Virus record (IMG/VR): IMGVR_UViG_3300046786_000293
Coordinates: 32,001-96,000 of that record
DNA length: 64,000 bases
From: a virus
Lineage: Duplodnaviria > Caudoviricetes
Direction: 5' to 3' (one strand)
Shown here in pieces: positions 19,062-27,370 of the stretch (position 1 is its first letter; the number at the start of each line of letters is the position of its first letter). Below the pieces are notes generated by a model. It made no database searches. It saw only the letters and a list, made by a program, of their open reading frames with translations, and was not told the origin of the DNA. Position numbers and translations under genes: made by a program.

Positions 19062-19303
19062 TGTAGTAGTGCTCTGCCAACACCCATAAGATAAATTACT
19101 AGCAGTCCTGCATTCACTACTATAAGCGCATTGTCACGAATTCGCAAGGCCCAGATCAACCAAATAAGTGTGCCCACGTTCATAACGTAGATGTTAAGTG
19201 GATCTACAGCAAGGCTGGTCAGCACTGCACCAATTAGGATTAGTATAGTAGCAGACCATTTCAAAATGCTGTCTACTTGTCGATACGTTAAAGTTTTAAC
19301 CAT
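19058..19303 (-). CDS. Small three-TM membrane protein
   Basis: Three hydrophobic segments; start MVKT with SD AAGGA. Confidence 0.6.
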   Translation of the reverse strand: MVKTLTYRQVDSILKWSATILILIGAVLTSLAVDPLNIYVMNVGTLIWLIWALRIRDNALIVVNAGLLVIYLMGVGRALLQ

Positions 19304-19304
19304 A

Positions 19305-19568
19305 TTATTTCCTTGATAAAATATCCCAATCCAATCCATGCCATGGTCGGAAACCTATTTCGCCCAGCCAAGTTTTTTGCTTGACAATCTCTGCCCACTC
19401 GCCTTCACTGTCTTGATAGACTACACGGCAAGAGCCAAATATATTCCGACACTCTTCAAAAACCAAGTCGGCATCGTTTGTGACACTGCGTCCGCCAAGG
19501 TCAAGGTCTCGGATAAACACAATGTCGCCTTCTTTTCTAACGAATTCCCAGCGGCTTCTTGACATCAT
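19305..19568 (-). CDS. Hypothetical protein
   Basis: 87-aa ORF with overlapping stop/start. Confidence 0.6.
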   Translation of the reverse strand: MMSRSRWEFVRKEGDIVFIRDLDLGGRSVTNDADLVFEECRNIFGSCRVVYQDSEGEWAEIVKQKTWLGEIGFRPWHGLDWDILSRK

Positions 19569-19801
19569 TCAACTCCGAAATGTTCTTTAATCCTGTCTTT
19601 AATAACTTGGGAAATATTGCCATTGATACCATCTTCACGACTATACCAAACCTGCTCCATACATTCTTCTACAATCAACTCGGCGAACTTTTTCATTTCT
19701 TCTTCACAGGTTTGATTATGGTATTCCAAATACCAGATATCTTTGTAATCTTCATAAAAAAATCCTGCTTGTATAGCAAGTTCTTTAATTCGTTCGTTCA
19801 T
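19565..19801 (-). CDS. Small phage protein, MNERIK family (paralog 1)
   Basis: MNERIKELA.QAG...KFAELIVEEC...IKEHFGVE. Confidence 0.7.
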   Translation of the reverse strand: MNERIKELAIQAGFFYEDYKDIWYLEYHNQTCEEEMKKFAELIVEECMEQVWYSREDGINGNISQVIKDRIKEHFGVE

Positions 19802-19802
19802 T

Positions 19803-19886
19803 TTAAAATCCATCTTTGACGATGACGGCCAGGCCCATGATAATGATAGGCAAGAGTACGATAATCAAATTGGTGATTGCAGTCAT
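19803..19886 (-). CDS. 27-aa hydrophobic peptide (not in ORF track)
   Basis: MTAITNLIIVLLPIIIMGLAVIVKDGF; SD GGAG; fills the gap between neighbours exactly. Confidence 0.5.
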   Translation of the reverse strand: MTAITNLIIVLLPIIIMGLAVIVKDGF

Positions 19887-20119
19887 TTAGTTTCTCCGTA
19901 AGCCAGTGCAAACATCATAAACTTTTTTTCGTCTTTGATAATACCATGATTCCAATAATTTTGACGGTTCTTGGTAAGCCCAATGCCAAATTCATTAAGT
20001 GCAATTTTTTGCATCAATCCTTGGTATCCACGAGCATTCGGGTAGCGTACCCAAGCCAACTGATATGAGACATTAAGAATGTTATTTCTAATAGAGGTGC
20101 TAACCCTGTTCATCGCCAT
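19883..20119 (-). CDS. Hypothetical protein
   Basis: 78-aa ORF. Confidence 0.55.
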   Translation of the reverse strand: MAMNRVSTSIRNNILNVSYQLAWVRYPNARGYQGLMQKIALNEFGIGLTKNRQNYWNHGIIKDEKKFMMFALAYGETK

Positions 20120-20397
20120 TCGCTCCCACGGTTAATTTCTTCCTCTGTGAATTGTCCACCCATACGATCCGGATTCTCTTTCCAGGAATCGTATGAGGCC
20201 TTTTCCATGCACTTCTCCACATCGGCCAGGATAGCACGGAGTTCATCGATGTTGATCTTCAGGAGTTCTTGCACGGAATGGAGAGCAATGTCTTCTCTAC
20301 AGTCGGCGATGCACCGGGCGGCACGAACCTCGGCAAGATACTTTTCCTTGCCGGCAATGGTATTTTTTAAGTTATCGCGGACGGTTTGGATGTTCAT
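20110..20397 (-). CDS. Hypothetical coiled-coil protein
   Basis: 95-aa ORF, visibly higher GC than its flanks. Confidence 0.65.
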   Translation of the reverse strand: MNIQTVRDNLKNTIAGKEKYLAEVRAARCIADCREDIALHSVQELLKINIDELRAILADVEKCMEKASYDSWKENPDRMGGQFTEEEINRGSEWR

Positions 20398-20627
20398 TCT
20401 TCAACTCCGAAATGTTTCTTAATCGTAGCCGCATATTGATGAGGTCCTGGATTTACATAGGCCATTGCTAAACATCTATCAGCACATTCTTTCACAATCA
20501 ACTCAGCGAACTTTTGTTGCTGTTCCAACCAACCTTCACAATACACACGGCCAAAGTATTCGGGATCGGTGCTGTTGAAAAAGTCTATACCAGCCTGTTC
20601 AGCCAGTTTTTTAATTCGTTCGTTCAT
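20394..20627 (-). CDS. Small phage protein, MNERIK family (paralog 2)
   Basis: MNERIKKLAEQAG...KFAELIVKEC...IKKHFGVEE. Confidence 0.7.
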   Translation of the reverse strand: MNERIKKLAEQAGIDFFNSTDPEYFGRVYCEGWLEQQQKFAELIVKECADRCLAMAYVNPGPHQYAATIKKHFGVEE

Positions 20628-20628
20628 A

Positions 20629-20793
20629 TCAATCCCTATCATAGCATCGTTTGTGGCTGATCAAGTCGCTATGAGTTTGGACCACAGCATTGTGAATACC
20701 AATCTTGGTTGAGCGATACAGGCTCTTGCTCAGGTGAATAACAAATAGCAAGGGCAGGAGCAGGTAGCCTGCATAGTATTCAACGGTCTTCAT
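20629..20793 (-). CDS. Small protein with N-terminal TM
   Basis: MKTVEYYAGYLLLPLLFVIHL...; SD AAGGAG, so the true start is 20793. Confidence 0.55.
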   Translation of the reverse strand: MKTVEYYAGYLLLPLLFVIHLSKSLYRSTKIGIHNAVVQTHSDLISHKRCYDRD

Positions 20794-20803
20794 GTTAGGC
20801 TCC

Positions 20804-21034
20804 TTAGAGTGCAAACTGTTTGCCGAACTTCTTGGTGAAGTCAGTCTTTGAAATGCTTTCGATTGACACTTTGATCTCGTCAAAAATCTCAATGGTCCGG
20901 GCCACATCAAACACATCCAAAGAACCAAAGTCCCAGAAGCGATCCATATACATACCGTCCATGTCAATCATAACCATGATTGCACGATGATAACCGGTTT
21001 TGTAATCAACTACGCGGTACAGTGTGTGTTTCAT
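20804..21034 (-). CDS. Hypothetical protein
   Basis: MKHTLYRVVDY...; SD AAGGAG. Confidence 0.6.
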   Translation of the reverse strand: MKHTLYRVVDYKTGYHRAIMVMIDMDGMYMDRFWDFGSLDVFDVARTIEIFDEIKVSIESISKTDFTKKFGKQFAL

Positions 21035-21064
21035 GATCAACTCCTTTTTGCTTTCTATGTATGT

Positions 21065-21093
21065 ATTATAGCAAAATTGGTAATTTCGAGCAA
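21065..21093 (-). promoter_or_regulatory. Sigma70-type early promoter, repeat copy A
   Basis: TTGCTC-N17-TATAAT. Confidence 0.8.
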
Positions 21094-21109
21094 CCAAAAA
21101 ATGTAATAC

Positions 21110-21424
21110 TTAATACTGATTCAATTGGGGTTGCAGTTCTGCAATGGTGCTACGCTCAAAAGCGTGGGCATCTTTGCGGCCACGTACAACGGCCAAAACA
21201 TCCAGTTCAAATGCATCAGCACCGTGTTCGCGGATGCTGGCACACAGGGCCCAATCCTTGTTTTCCGTCAGCGCACGACGAACGTGCTTTTGCCAACGAA
21301 CTTTAAGGGCTTTCTTGAGTTGCTGGCCGCAAACAGTAATACCTACGTAGTACTCCATAGTGTTGGTGTTCACTAACATATAGACAGCGTGTTTACGGTC
21401 GTTACGGGCTTTGCGTTTCATCAT
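21110..21424 (-). CDS. GIY-YIG family nuclease-like protein
   Basis: AVYMLVN...YYVGIT...RWQKH...SIREHGADAF...AHAFER. Confidence 0.75.
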   Translation of the reverse strand: MMKRKARNDRKHAVYMLVNTNTMEYYVGITVCGQQLKKALKVRWQKHVRRALTENKDWALCASIREHGADAFELDVLAVVRGRKDAHAFERSTIAELQPQLNQY

Positions 21425-21430
21425 ACAAGT

Positions 21431-21459
21431 ATTATAGCAAAAAACACATTTTCGAGCAA
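21431..21459 (-). promoter_or_regulatory. Sigma70-type early promoter, repeat copy B
   Basis: TTGCTC-N17-TATAAT; flanks TTTTGG-TTGCTC-GAAA and TTTTGC-TATAAT-AC are shared with copy A. Confidence 0.8.
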
Positions 21460-21489
21460 CCAAAATTAGTACTAGAAAAGTACTACTTT

Positions 21490-21624
21490 TTACACAGTTT
21501 CTGCTTCAAAAATCTGTTGCGTAATAACAACACCCCCATACAACGATTGATAAAGTTCTGCTACAGACTTGACAAAAAATTGCATGATTCGTCCATCTTT
21601 TGTAAGGAGTGTGTATTGCATCAT
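21490..21624 (-). CDS. 44-aa hypothetical protein (not in ORF track)
   Basis: MMQYTLLTKDGRIMQFFVKS...; ATG 6 nt below a -10 box. Confidence 0.55.
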   Translation of the reverse strand: MMQYTLLTKDGRIMQFFVKSVAELYQSLYGGVVITQQIFEAETV

Positions 21625-21630
21625 GTCTTA

Positions 21631-21659
21631 ATTATAGCATCGTTTTGGTATAAAAGCAA
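21631..21659 (-). promoter_or_regulatory. Sigma70-type early promoter C
   Basis: TTGCTT-N17-TATAAT. Confidence 0.75.
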
Positions 21660-21681
21660 AAACCCTCCATTGCGGAGGGTT
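21657..21681 (-). terminator. Intrinsic terminator
   Basis: 8-bp stem AACCCTCC/GGAGGGTT followed by a T-run on the minus strand. Confidence 0.75.
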
Positions 21682-21688
21682 ATGTAAG

Positions 21689-21877
21689 TTAGCAACGACT
21701 GACTTCGCCTACGTAGTAATCCTCAGAATCGCTATAGTCGCAAACGGCTTTTGCCCGGGCTTTTGCTTCTACTTCATTATCGTAGTACTCAACCCAAATA
21801 ATGCGCTGACCATAGCCCCTTTCACGTTCCACGAGCTGAACTTTCCAGAGACCTTCTTTGATGTTGACCTTTGCCAT
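21689..21877 (-). CDS. Hypothetical protein
   Basis: 62-aa ORF with SD AAAGGAG, own promoter and terminator. Confidence 0.7.
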   Translation of the reverse strand: MAKVNIKEGLWKVQLVERERGYGQRIIWVEYYDNEVEAKARAKAVCDYSDSEDYYVGEVSRC

Positions 21878-21902
21878 TTAGGACTCCTTTCTTTAGGCTT
21901 TT

Positions 21903-21931
21903 ATAATAACATAAAGTGGAGTTTTGGTCAA
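21903..21931 (-). promoter_or_regulatory. Sigma70-type early promoter D
   Basis: TTGACC-N17-TATTAT. Confidence 0.65.
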
Positions 21932-21934
21932 CCG

Positions 21935-22168
21935 TTATCGAATGCGTACTTTGGTTTTAACTTTCTTAAACTCAATATTCATGTAATGACGAACTAACTT
22001 GTCGTTAATACTGTTTGGTAAGTCCAAAAACGGTTCTTCTAGTACAAACTGAAATTTGCAGTTAGCCCATGTTCCTGTTTTCAAATAGTTTTGATATTCA
22101 CGCCTATGTTCAACGTTGGTGGCATCAAAAATAGCATAAGGTCGTGACAGTAAGAATGACTTTAGCAT
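21935..22168 (-). CDS. Hypothetical protein
   Basis: 77-aa ORF. Confidence 0.65.
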   Translation of the reverse strand: MLKSFLLSRPYAIFDATNVEHRREYQNYLKTGTWANCKFQFVLEEPFLDLPNSINDKLVRHYMNIEFKKVKTKVRIR

Positions 22169-22170
22169 GG

Positions 22171-22389
22171 TTAATGTAGGGTGTGTGATTGAAAATTGGC
22201 TATATCGAAAATTTGCATTACCTTTTTTACATTGTCTGGCATTTCTACCATTTCAAACTCTTCAGGTAACAATACAGTTTTAAGAGTGCCATCTTGATTA
22301 ACGATAAAAACAAAATCGTGTTCTCCAATGCAATCAAAGAATTCATCTTCTGTAACTTCTTCTAGTTGGCTATTAAAAGGTTGTGGCAT
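22171..22389 (-). CDS. Acidic hypothetical protein
   Basis: 72-aa ORF. Confidence 0.6.
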   Translation of the reverse strand: MPQPFNSQLEEVTEDEFFDCIGEHDFVFIVNQDGTLKTVLLPEEFEMVEMPDNVKKVMQIFDIANFQSHTLH

Positions 22390-23038
22390 GATATTGTTGC
22401 TCCAGTTTTTTATAATACCGGTTAGTTAGTCGTACAAATTTTTCAACTACCGGATCTCGCTTGTTAAAAAACTTGGTATAAGTTTTATACAAACGAAGAT
22501 TTTCTAATTTTGGTTTTTTTGTTTTTATCGGAGTGAACGTTTCTATAGCCAATTCTGCGGCCGCAGTAAATGCATATGCATCTATTTCGTCAGAATCGCC
22601 GTAGTATTCCTGTGCTTCTTTAATAGTAATCACTTTGTGATTGCTTTTGTAGGCTCTGCACCAATTAAAATTTCTACGTCTAAATTGTTGTAGATGTACA
22701 AATTCATGTCCCAACAGTCCAGCAAGGTCAATGCACAATTCCGACCAATGATTTCTGGACAGATCTGCTTCGTCGAAATAGTAAAAACTTTTGCCTTTAG
22801 GCATGGCAATTTCAACTTCGATTGGTTGCATTCCTTCCTCGTCCATTTCAGGCATGTACGCTCCCGAAACATTGAATCTGTTTGTAGTCACACTCAAAGT
22901 CTTATTGCCAATAATTTTAACTTCTTCGAATGGCACAGCTCGTCGAATTTGTTTTAGTAAGTATGCAGAATTAACTATACGACCTTCTAGTCTATCGTAG
23001 ACGTCGTACAGGCTTTTTACCAATTGAAAAAAGTTCAT
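22373..23038 (-). CDS. Putative zincin-like metalloprotein
   Basis: GHEFVH (HExxH) and downstream DEIDAYA. Confidence 0.55.
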   Translation of the reverse strand: MNFFQLVKSLYDVYDRLEGRIVNSAYLLKQIRRAVPFEEVKIIGNKTLSVTTNRFNVSGAYMPEMDEEGMQPIEVEIAMPKGKSFYYFDEADLSRNHWSELCIDLAGLLGHEFVHLQQFRRRNFNWCRAYKSNHKVITIKEAQEYYGDSDEIDAYAFTAAAELAIETFTPIKTKKPKLENLRLYKTYTKFFNKRDPVVEKFVRLTNRYYKKLEQQYHATTF

Positions 23039-23039
23039 T

Positions 23040-23363
23040 TTATTTAAAAAGAATAAATGCCATCACAATAGCTTGGGCCATAAAACCTACACCAATTGTA
23101 ATGATGTTGAGCACATCTTTTAGCAGTATAGCACGAGCAAACAATAAAATCAAGCCCGCCCAAATAAACAGTACAATGTCAACGCTGGGCAGTCTGTCGT
23201 TTAGTCCTGCTAGCAGGGCCAGCATACTGGGAATGGTAGCACAATGTAGCACGATTGCGGCCATCCAACCCAATGTGTCTGCGGTGAGTTTTTTCAAATG
23301 ATCCAAGAAAAATTTACGGATCAAAACCCAAAGTCCCAAAAGGCTAAAACTTTTAATTCCCAC
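23040..23363 (-). CDS. Three-TM membrane protein
   Basis: Hydrophobic segments; lies next to the hydrolase gene. Confidence 0.65.
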   Translation of the reverse strand: MGIKSFSLLGLWVLIRKFFLDHLKKLTADTLGWMAAIVLHCATIPSMLALLAGLNDRLPSVDIVLFIWAGLILLFARAILLKDVLNIITIGVGFMAQAIVMAFILFK

Positions 23364-23365
23364 AA

Positions 23366-23941
23366 TTATTCCTTATAAAAAATATGTTGACCAATTTGTG
23401 CAATCTTTTCTTTCTTCCACCCAGGGCGTACATAGGTAGCATGATAGTAAAGTGCATTATTTAAACTAGGTAGTCTAAATTTTTCAAAGTAAACCTTCTT
23501 GGCTACTTCTTCGCTTTCTGCATAATGTTTTGGATATATAGGTTTGATCTTGTGATTACTTTCACATACCCACGAAAATTGGCAAATCATTTTTTCGTAA
23601 ATAACATTTTTTTGGTAAACAACCGCACAAACATCCTTACCAAAGCGCCCCGACTCTACGCGGTTTAGTGTGACTTGGGCAACAGCAACTTTGCCTTCAA
23701 AAGGCTCGTTAGCGGCTTCCCAATAGATATTTTTAGACAAACATTCTAATTGTCTGAATTGTTCGTTAATTGACACTTGGGTTGCATCAGTTTGAGCAAT
23801 ACGTGCTCTTAGACTGTCTAGTTTAGATTTGGTTACTGTAACTAATACTGTTGCAACAATTAATAATCCTATTATAAGTAAAGAGTTGCGTGTAACCGAA
23901 ATCACTCTGTCATAGTAACGATTTGATATAGCAGATGCCAT
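23366..23941 (-). CDS. Cell wall hydrolase, SleB/Hydrolase_2 family, with N-terminal TM anchor
   Basis: CLSKNIYWEAANEP..GKVAVAQVTLNRV, QFSW, ALYYHATYV.P.W, IGQHIFY. Confidence 0.9.
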   Translation of the reverse strand: MASAISNRYYDRVISVTRNSLLIIGLLIVATVLVTVTKSKLDSLRARIAQTDATQVSINEQFRQLECLSKNIYWEAANEPFEGKVAVAQVTLNRVESGRFGKDVCAVVYQKNVIYEKMICQFSWVCESNHKIKPIYPKHYAESEEVAKKVYFEKFRLPSLNNALYYHATYVRPGWKKEKIAQIGQHIFYKE

Positions 23942-24019
23942 ATGTCTTCTCCTTTCTTCAAGAGTGTAGTTTTATATACCAACAAAAAATCGGTAATAAA
24001 TGCTAGTTTAACGTGTTAA

Positions 24020-24056
24020 CTGGTACTATTATACCAGGTTTTTTGATTATTTTCAA
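24020..24056 (-). promoter_or_regulatory. Sigma70 promoter with an inverted repeat over the -10 box
   Basis: TTGAAA-N17-TATAAT; CTGGTA-N6-TACCAG at 24020-24037. Confidence 0.65.
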
Positions 24057-24067
24057 GTTTTTTGGTG

Positions 24068-25894
24068 TCAAAGGACGCCCAAAACTCGCACATTGACATT
24101 GGATAGTATGACTGCATTTTTAGCTTGTTCCAAAATTACTTTAGCCAAATCACCAGCATCGTTATTTTGAACCATGCCGTAGAGTGTTAAATCTGTCCCT
24201 AGATTTTCTCTGTCAGCACCAAAACCTGGCAGGCTACTCACAAAACTAAAAAATATGCTGTTGTCACCGTAATCGCTGATTTGTAAATTTGCCTTCATCC
24301 AATTTTGATATTCTAAACTTGTTTGACTGCATACAATATCATAATTGTCGTTGATTTGTTTAACAATGGATCTAATTCCATTGTCTGGATCAGCTACAAT
24401 ATTGGCTAATATATTGTAGTACTCTGTTTGGTATTGTTCGCTTTTAACTTGATAATAATCGGGCCCCGGTGCCTGAATGGTAAAAGTATTACCTTCTTCA
24501 TCGGTGCTGTATACACCAGGCGGCACCGGTGTATAACTGTTTGCAGCAGCAGCCTCTGCACTATCTGCAGGAATTTTTGCATCGTAACGACTAATCGTAG
24601 ATAACGTAGTAGAAATTTGGGAACCGTAATCTGTTGCTGCCAAGGCTGCTAGTCCTTCGTTCACTAATTGTATGTAATCAGTTAAGTAACCTGATGCCAT
24701 ACCTACTACATTAACTATGCTGATGGGCTGATTGTTTGCACTAATAGGCAAATAAGATCTTAGACTATCAATGATGTCCGGTCTCAGCATACTAGTCTGT
24801 GTGGCAATGTTGTCAACACTAGGTGGTACAGTATACTGTAAATTAGATAAGAAATTATAAATTTGTGTGCCAGTTGTAAATGTACTAATAGGTCCTCGTT
24901 TGTAAAGAACTGTGCCTATGTTAGCCATACTTGTATACGTACTGTCATTTGCAATGCCACTAGATTTTTCTATACTTACATAGTCCAATGCACTAGCGAT
25001 GTTAGGTATAGAACTGTTTATTACATATTGTATAGTATCTAGATCTGACGTACTAGTAATGTTTGCTAATGTTTCACTAATAACTGCTGTGTAATTATTA
25101 CTTGCAATATTTTGTAGAGTAACACCGTTCTGTAACAATGTCGTGCTGAGATTATTAATGGTCCCCAATCCAGCTTCTATTAGTGTTTGTGCTACGGCAT
25201 TAGGTGTCCCAAAGTTACCATTAACAATGGATTGAACCATTGTGCCTTGATTTTTTAATGCAAGTTTTACAGCATTACTCTTGGCCAGTACATCAAACCC
25301 TGTAGTTATTAACTGTGCAGTGTCGTGGGCACCATGATACGCAAGATTAGTATTTTGAGCATTGTTAAGACTAGAGATATAGCCGTTTGATGTTACAACC
25401 CAGCCTAATGCTTGATTGAATGCATTGATGAAATATTTAGAATTAAATGTATTACTGCCAGTTAGTCTGGTCATCTGTATGTCCATGTAATACAATAAAT
25501 TACCAGGCGTAGCAGAATACTTTGTTGGCATGACGCCTGTAATTGCAGGTATTGCACTGTTGGCGCCAAATATACATTGTCTAGGATCTTTTGTATACTG
25601 CCTAAAATATCCAGTCAGGTAAGGCCTGATTACTACGTTAGTAGCTTCTCCCGTGGCAGGATCAGTGGCTACAACAACGTAATTAAGACTCCCATTATTA
25701 AGTTGCATAGCAACCATATTACCTTGACTACTAAGACTTCCCGAATAGACACCGCTATACCCAGCGGCTTCTAAGTCTGCTGCGGAATAGGGTATTAATT
25801 GATTTGTGTCTATAAATGCGCCTGAGTTAAACTCTGCAGGAACTGCACCGATAGCAGAGCCAAATCCGATATAAGGTCCGTAATATGCTGGCAT
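24068..25894 (-). CDS. Hypothetical virion (baseplate-region) protein
   Basis: 608-aa A/N/S/T-rich ORF co-transcribed with PAAR; function inferred from context only. Confidence 0.55.
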   Translation of the reverse strand: MPAYYGPYIGFGSAIGAVPAEFNSGAFIDTNQLIPYSAADLEAAGYSGVYSGSLSSQGNMVAMQLNNGSLNYVVVATDPATGEATNVVIRPYLTGYFRQYTKDPRQCIFGANSAIPAITGVMPTKYSATPGNLLYYMDIQMTRLTGSNTFNSKYFINAFNQALGWVVTSNGYISSLNNAQNTNLAYHGAHDTAQLITTGFDVLAKSNAVKLALKNQGTMVQSIVNGNFGTPNAVAQTLIEAGLGTINNLSTTLLQNGVTLQNIASNNYTAVISETLANITSTSDLDTIQYVINSSIPNIASALDYVSIEKSSGIANDSTYTSMANIGTVLYKRGPISTFTTGTQIYNFLSNLQYTVPPSVDNIATQTSMLRPDIIDSLRSYLPISANNQPISIVNVVGMASGYLTDYIQLVNEGLAALAATDYGSQISTTLSTISRYDAKIPADSAEAAAANSYTPVPPGVYSTDEEGNTFTIQAPGPDYYQVKSEQYQTEYYNILANIVADPDNGIRSIVKQINDNYDIVCSQTSLEYQNWMKANLQISDYGDNSIFFSFVSSLPGFGADRENLGTDLTLYGMVQNNDAGDLAKVILEQAKNAVILSNVNVRVLGVL

Positions 25895-26472
25895 TAGTAA
25901 AATCCTGTTTCTCCAGTACCGCTTGCCGCACTACCATTGGGTTGTGCTTCCCCGTAGTATTGCCAAGTTCGTATGGCAACATTAGCTAAATTTTCAATTG
26001 CAACTTTTTCATATCTATCAACTTCATTGGGTCCGCAGTCTTGTGCTCGTCTAACAATATGAATCATTTCACCTATCACTATATACGAAGTACCAGCAAG
26101 TCCCGGAGCAAATGGGGGCTGTATTCTTTGTCCGGTTTTGGGATCAATGGTGGCAGGAGTTAACAGTTTACTAGATGCAAATGTGTTCATAGCCGCAATA
26201 AAATTTGGATTTACTCCGAACGGAGGTGTAGTGCCCTTAACTAACTGGTCTGCTAACGCCAACTGATAAGAAGTTAAACTTGCAGGGGGAAGATTAGGAG
26301 TGGTTCCTTGAAACGGAACTGGGGTTATAGGACCAAATTGTATAGGTTTATCTGCTTTAAACTGATCACTTGCAGAAATAACCCCAGTAGTTGTAAAAGT
26401 TAGCGGCCCATTATTCACCGGAGTGTCGGATTTAAATTGATCGAATACTGCCATTTTATAATGCCTTGGCAA
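25894..26472 (-). CDS. Hypothetical Pro-rich protein
   Basis: 192-aa ORF downstream of PAAR. Confidence 0.6.
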   Translation of the reverse strand: MPRHYKMAVFDQFKSDTPVNNGPLTFTTTGVISASDQFKADKPIQFGPITPVPFQGTTPNLPPASLTSYQLALADQLVKGTTPPFGVNPNFIAAMNTFASSKLLTPATIDPKTGQRIQPPFAPGLAGTSYIVIGEMIHIVRRAQDCGPNEVDRYEKVAIENLANVAIRTWQYYGEAQPNGSAASGTGETGFY

Positions 26473-26791
26473 CTAAGCCTGTAAACATACCAAATCCGCT
26501 TCCGGAAATAATAACATCAAAACTAGCACTACTCACTTTATGCCCGCATAGGCCTATACTACCTTTAACAATAGGTGGAAGACCATTTACATAAACACCC
26601 TCGGGTATAGAAAATGTTGGCCCAAAGCAATGAGTAGGAGGGCAACCTTTGACGCCACAACAAGGATGAGAAGTGTATACACACCCTTCTAATGCTACCG
26701 GGCGGCCGTTAACAAAAACATCAGGACTAAACGGTGCGGTTAACACACCGCCGGGTCCTAATATATCACCTACTCTTGCTATACCTGGCAT
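26456..26791 (-). CDS. PAAR-repeat spike tip protein (T4 gp5.4-like)
   Basis: PGIARVGD, SPDVFVNGRPVA, H.C, VYVNGLP...GSIGLCGH. Confidence 0.85.
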   Translation of the reverse strand: MPGIARVGDILGPGGVLTAPFSPDVFVNGRPVALEGCVYTSHPCCGVKGCPPTHCFGPTFSIPEGVYVNGLPPIVKGSIGLCGHKVSSASFDVIISGSGFGMFTGLVAKAL

Positions 26792-26800
26792 TAACAATCC

Positions 26801-27112
26801 TTATACTACGATAGGACCTTTGCTTACAGTTTGAATACCAGTGGTAGTCTGAATGTAGTGGTCCTCGAGCTGTTTGATAACAGGTGCATGTAACATTACA
26901 TGTTCCTTTTTAATCTCTATATCCTTATTTATATCCGCAGAAAACAGGCTTTGCATCAACGCCAATCCTTGCGGGCTAGGCACTACAGTACACGGACGAC
27001 TTACAGTCCAACCAGTGAGATGAGATTCTACAATTTTAGCAACGATCTCGTCACCATTGACCATTTTAAAACAAGCGATTTCGCCTGCTTCATATCCTTT
27101 ATTCATTAACAC
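26801..27112 (-). CDS. Small beta-rich (Sm-like) hypothetical protein
   Basis: FKMVNGDEIVAKI...RPC.V...HVML pattern. Confidence 0.55.
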   Translation of the reverse strand: MLMNKGYEAGEIACFKMVNGDEIVAKIVESHLTGWTVSRPCTVVPSPQGLALMQSLFSADINKDIEIKKEHVMLHAPVIKQLEDHYIQTTTGIQTVSKGPIVV

Positions 27113-27353
27113 TTAGTTTTTCCTTTAGTTGATCTTCAGTTAATTTTGACAGGCCTTGAAATCCGCCTTGTACAAATAGTTTGCCATCTTTGTAAATTTG
27201 TGGAACAGTTCTATGTCCTTCATTTACAATGAATGTGCGAGCATCTGGTTGCTCTTCGATATTGATTTCTTCAAATGCAATATTTTTTAATTTTAATAAA
27301 TTTTTTGCCTGTACACAGAATGGGCAATTGTTTTTTGAATATACTGTTAACAT
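27099..27353 (-). CDS. Glutaredoxin
   Basis: CPFC, RTVPQI, GGF; adjacent to nrdB. Confidence 0.93.
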   Translation of the reverse strand: MLTVYSKNNCPFCVQAKNLLKLKNIAFEEINIEEQPDARTFIVNEGHRTVPQIYKDGKLFVQGGFQGLSKLTEDQLKEKLSVNE

Positions 27354-27370
27354 TTTATTCCCCTAACGTA

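Noticed and set aside
24020-24037. LexA (SOS) box
   Set aside because: Spacing is CTG-N12-CAG, not the CTG-N10-CAG consensus.
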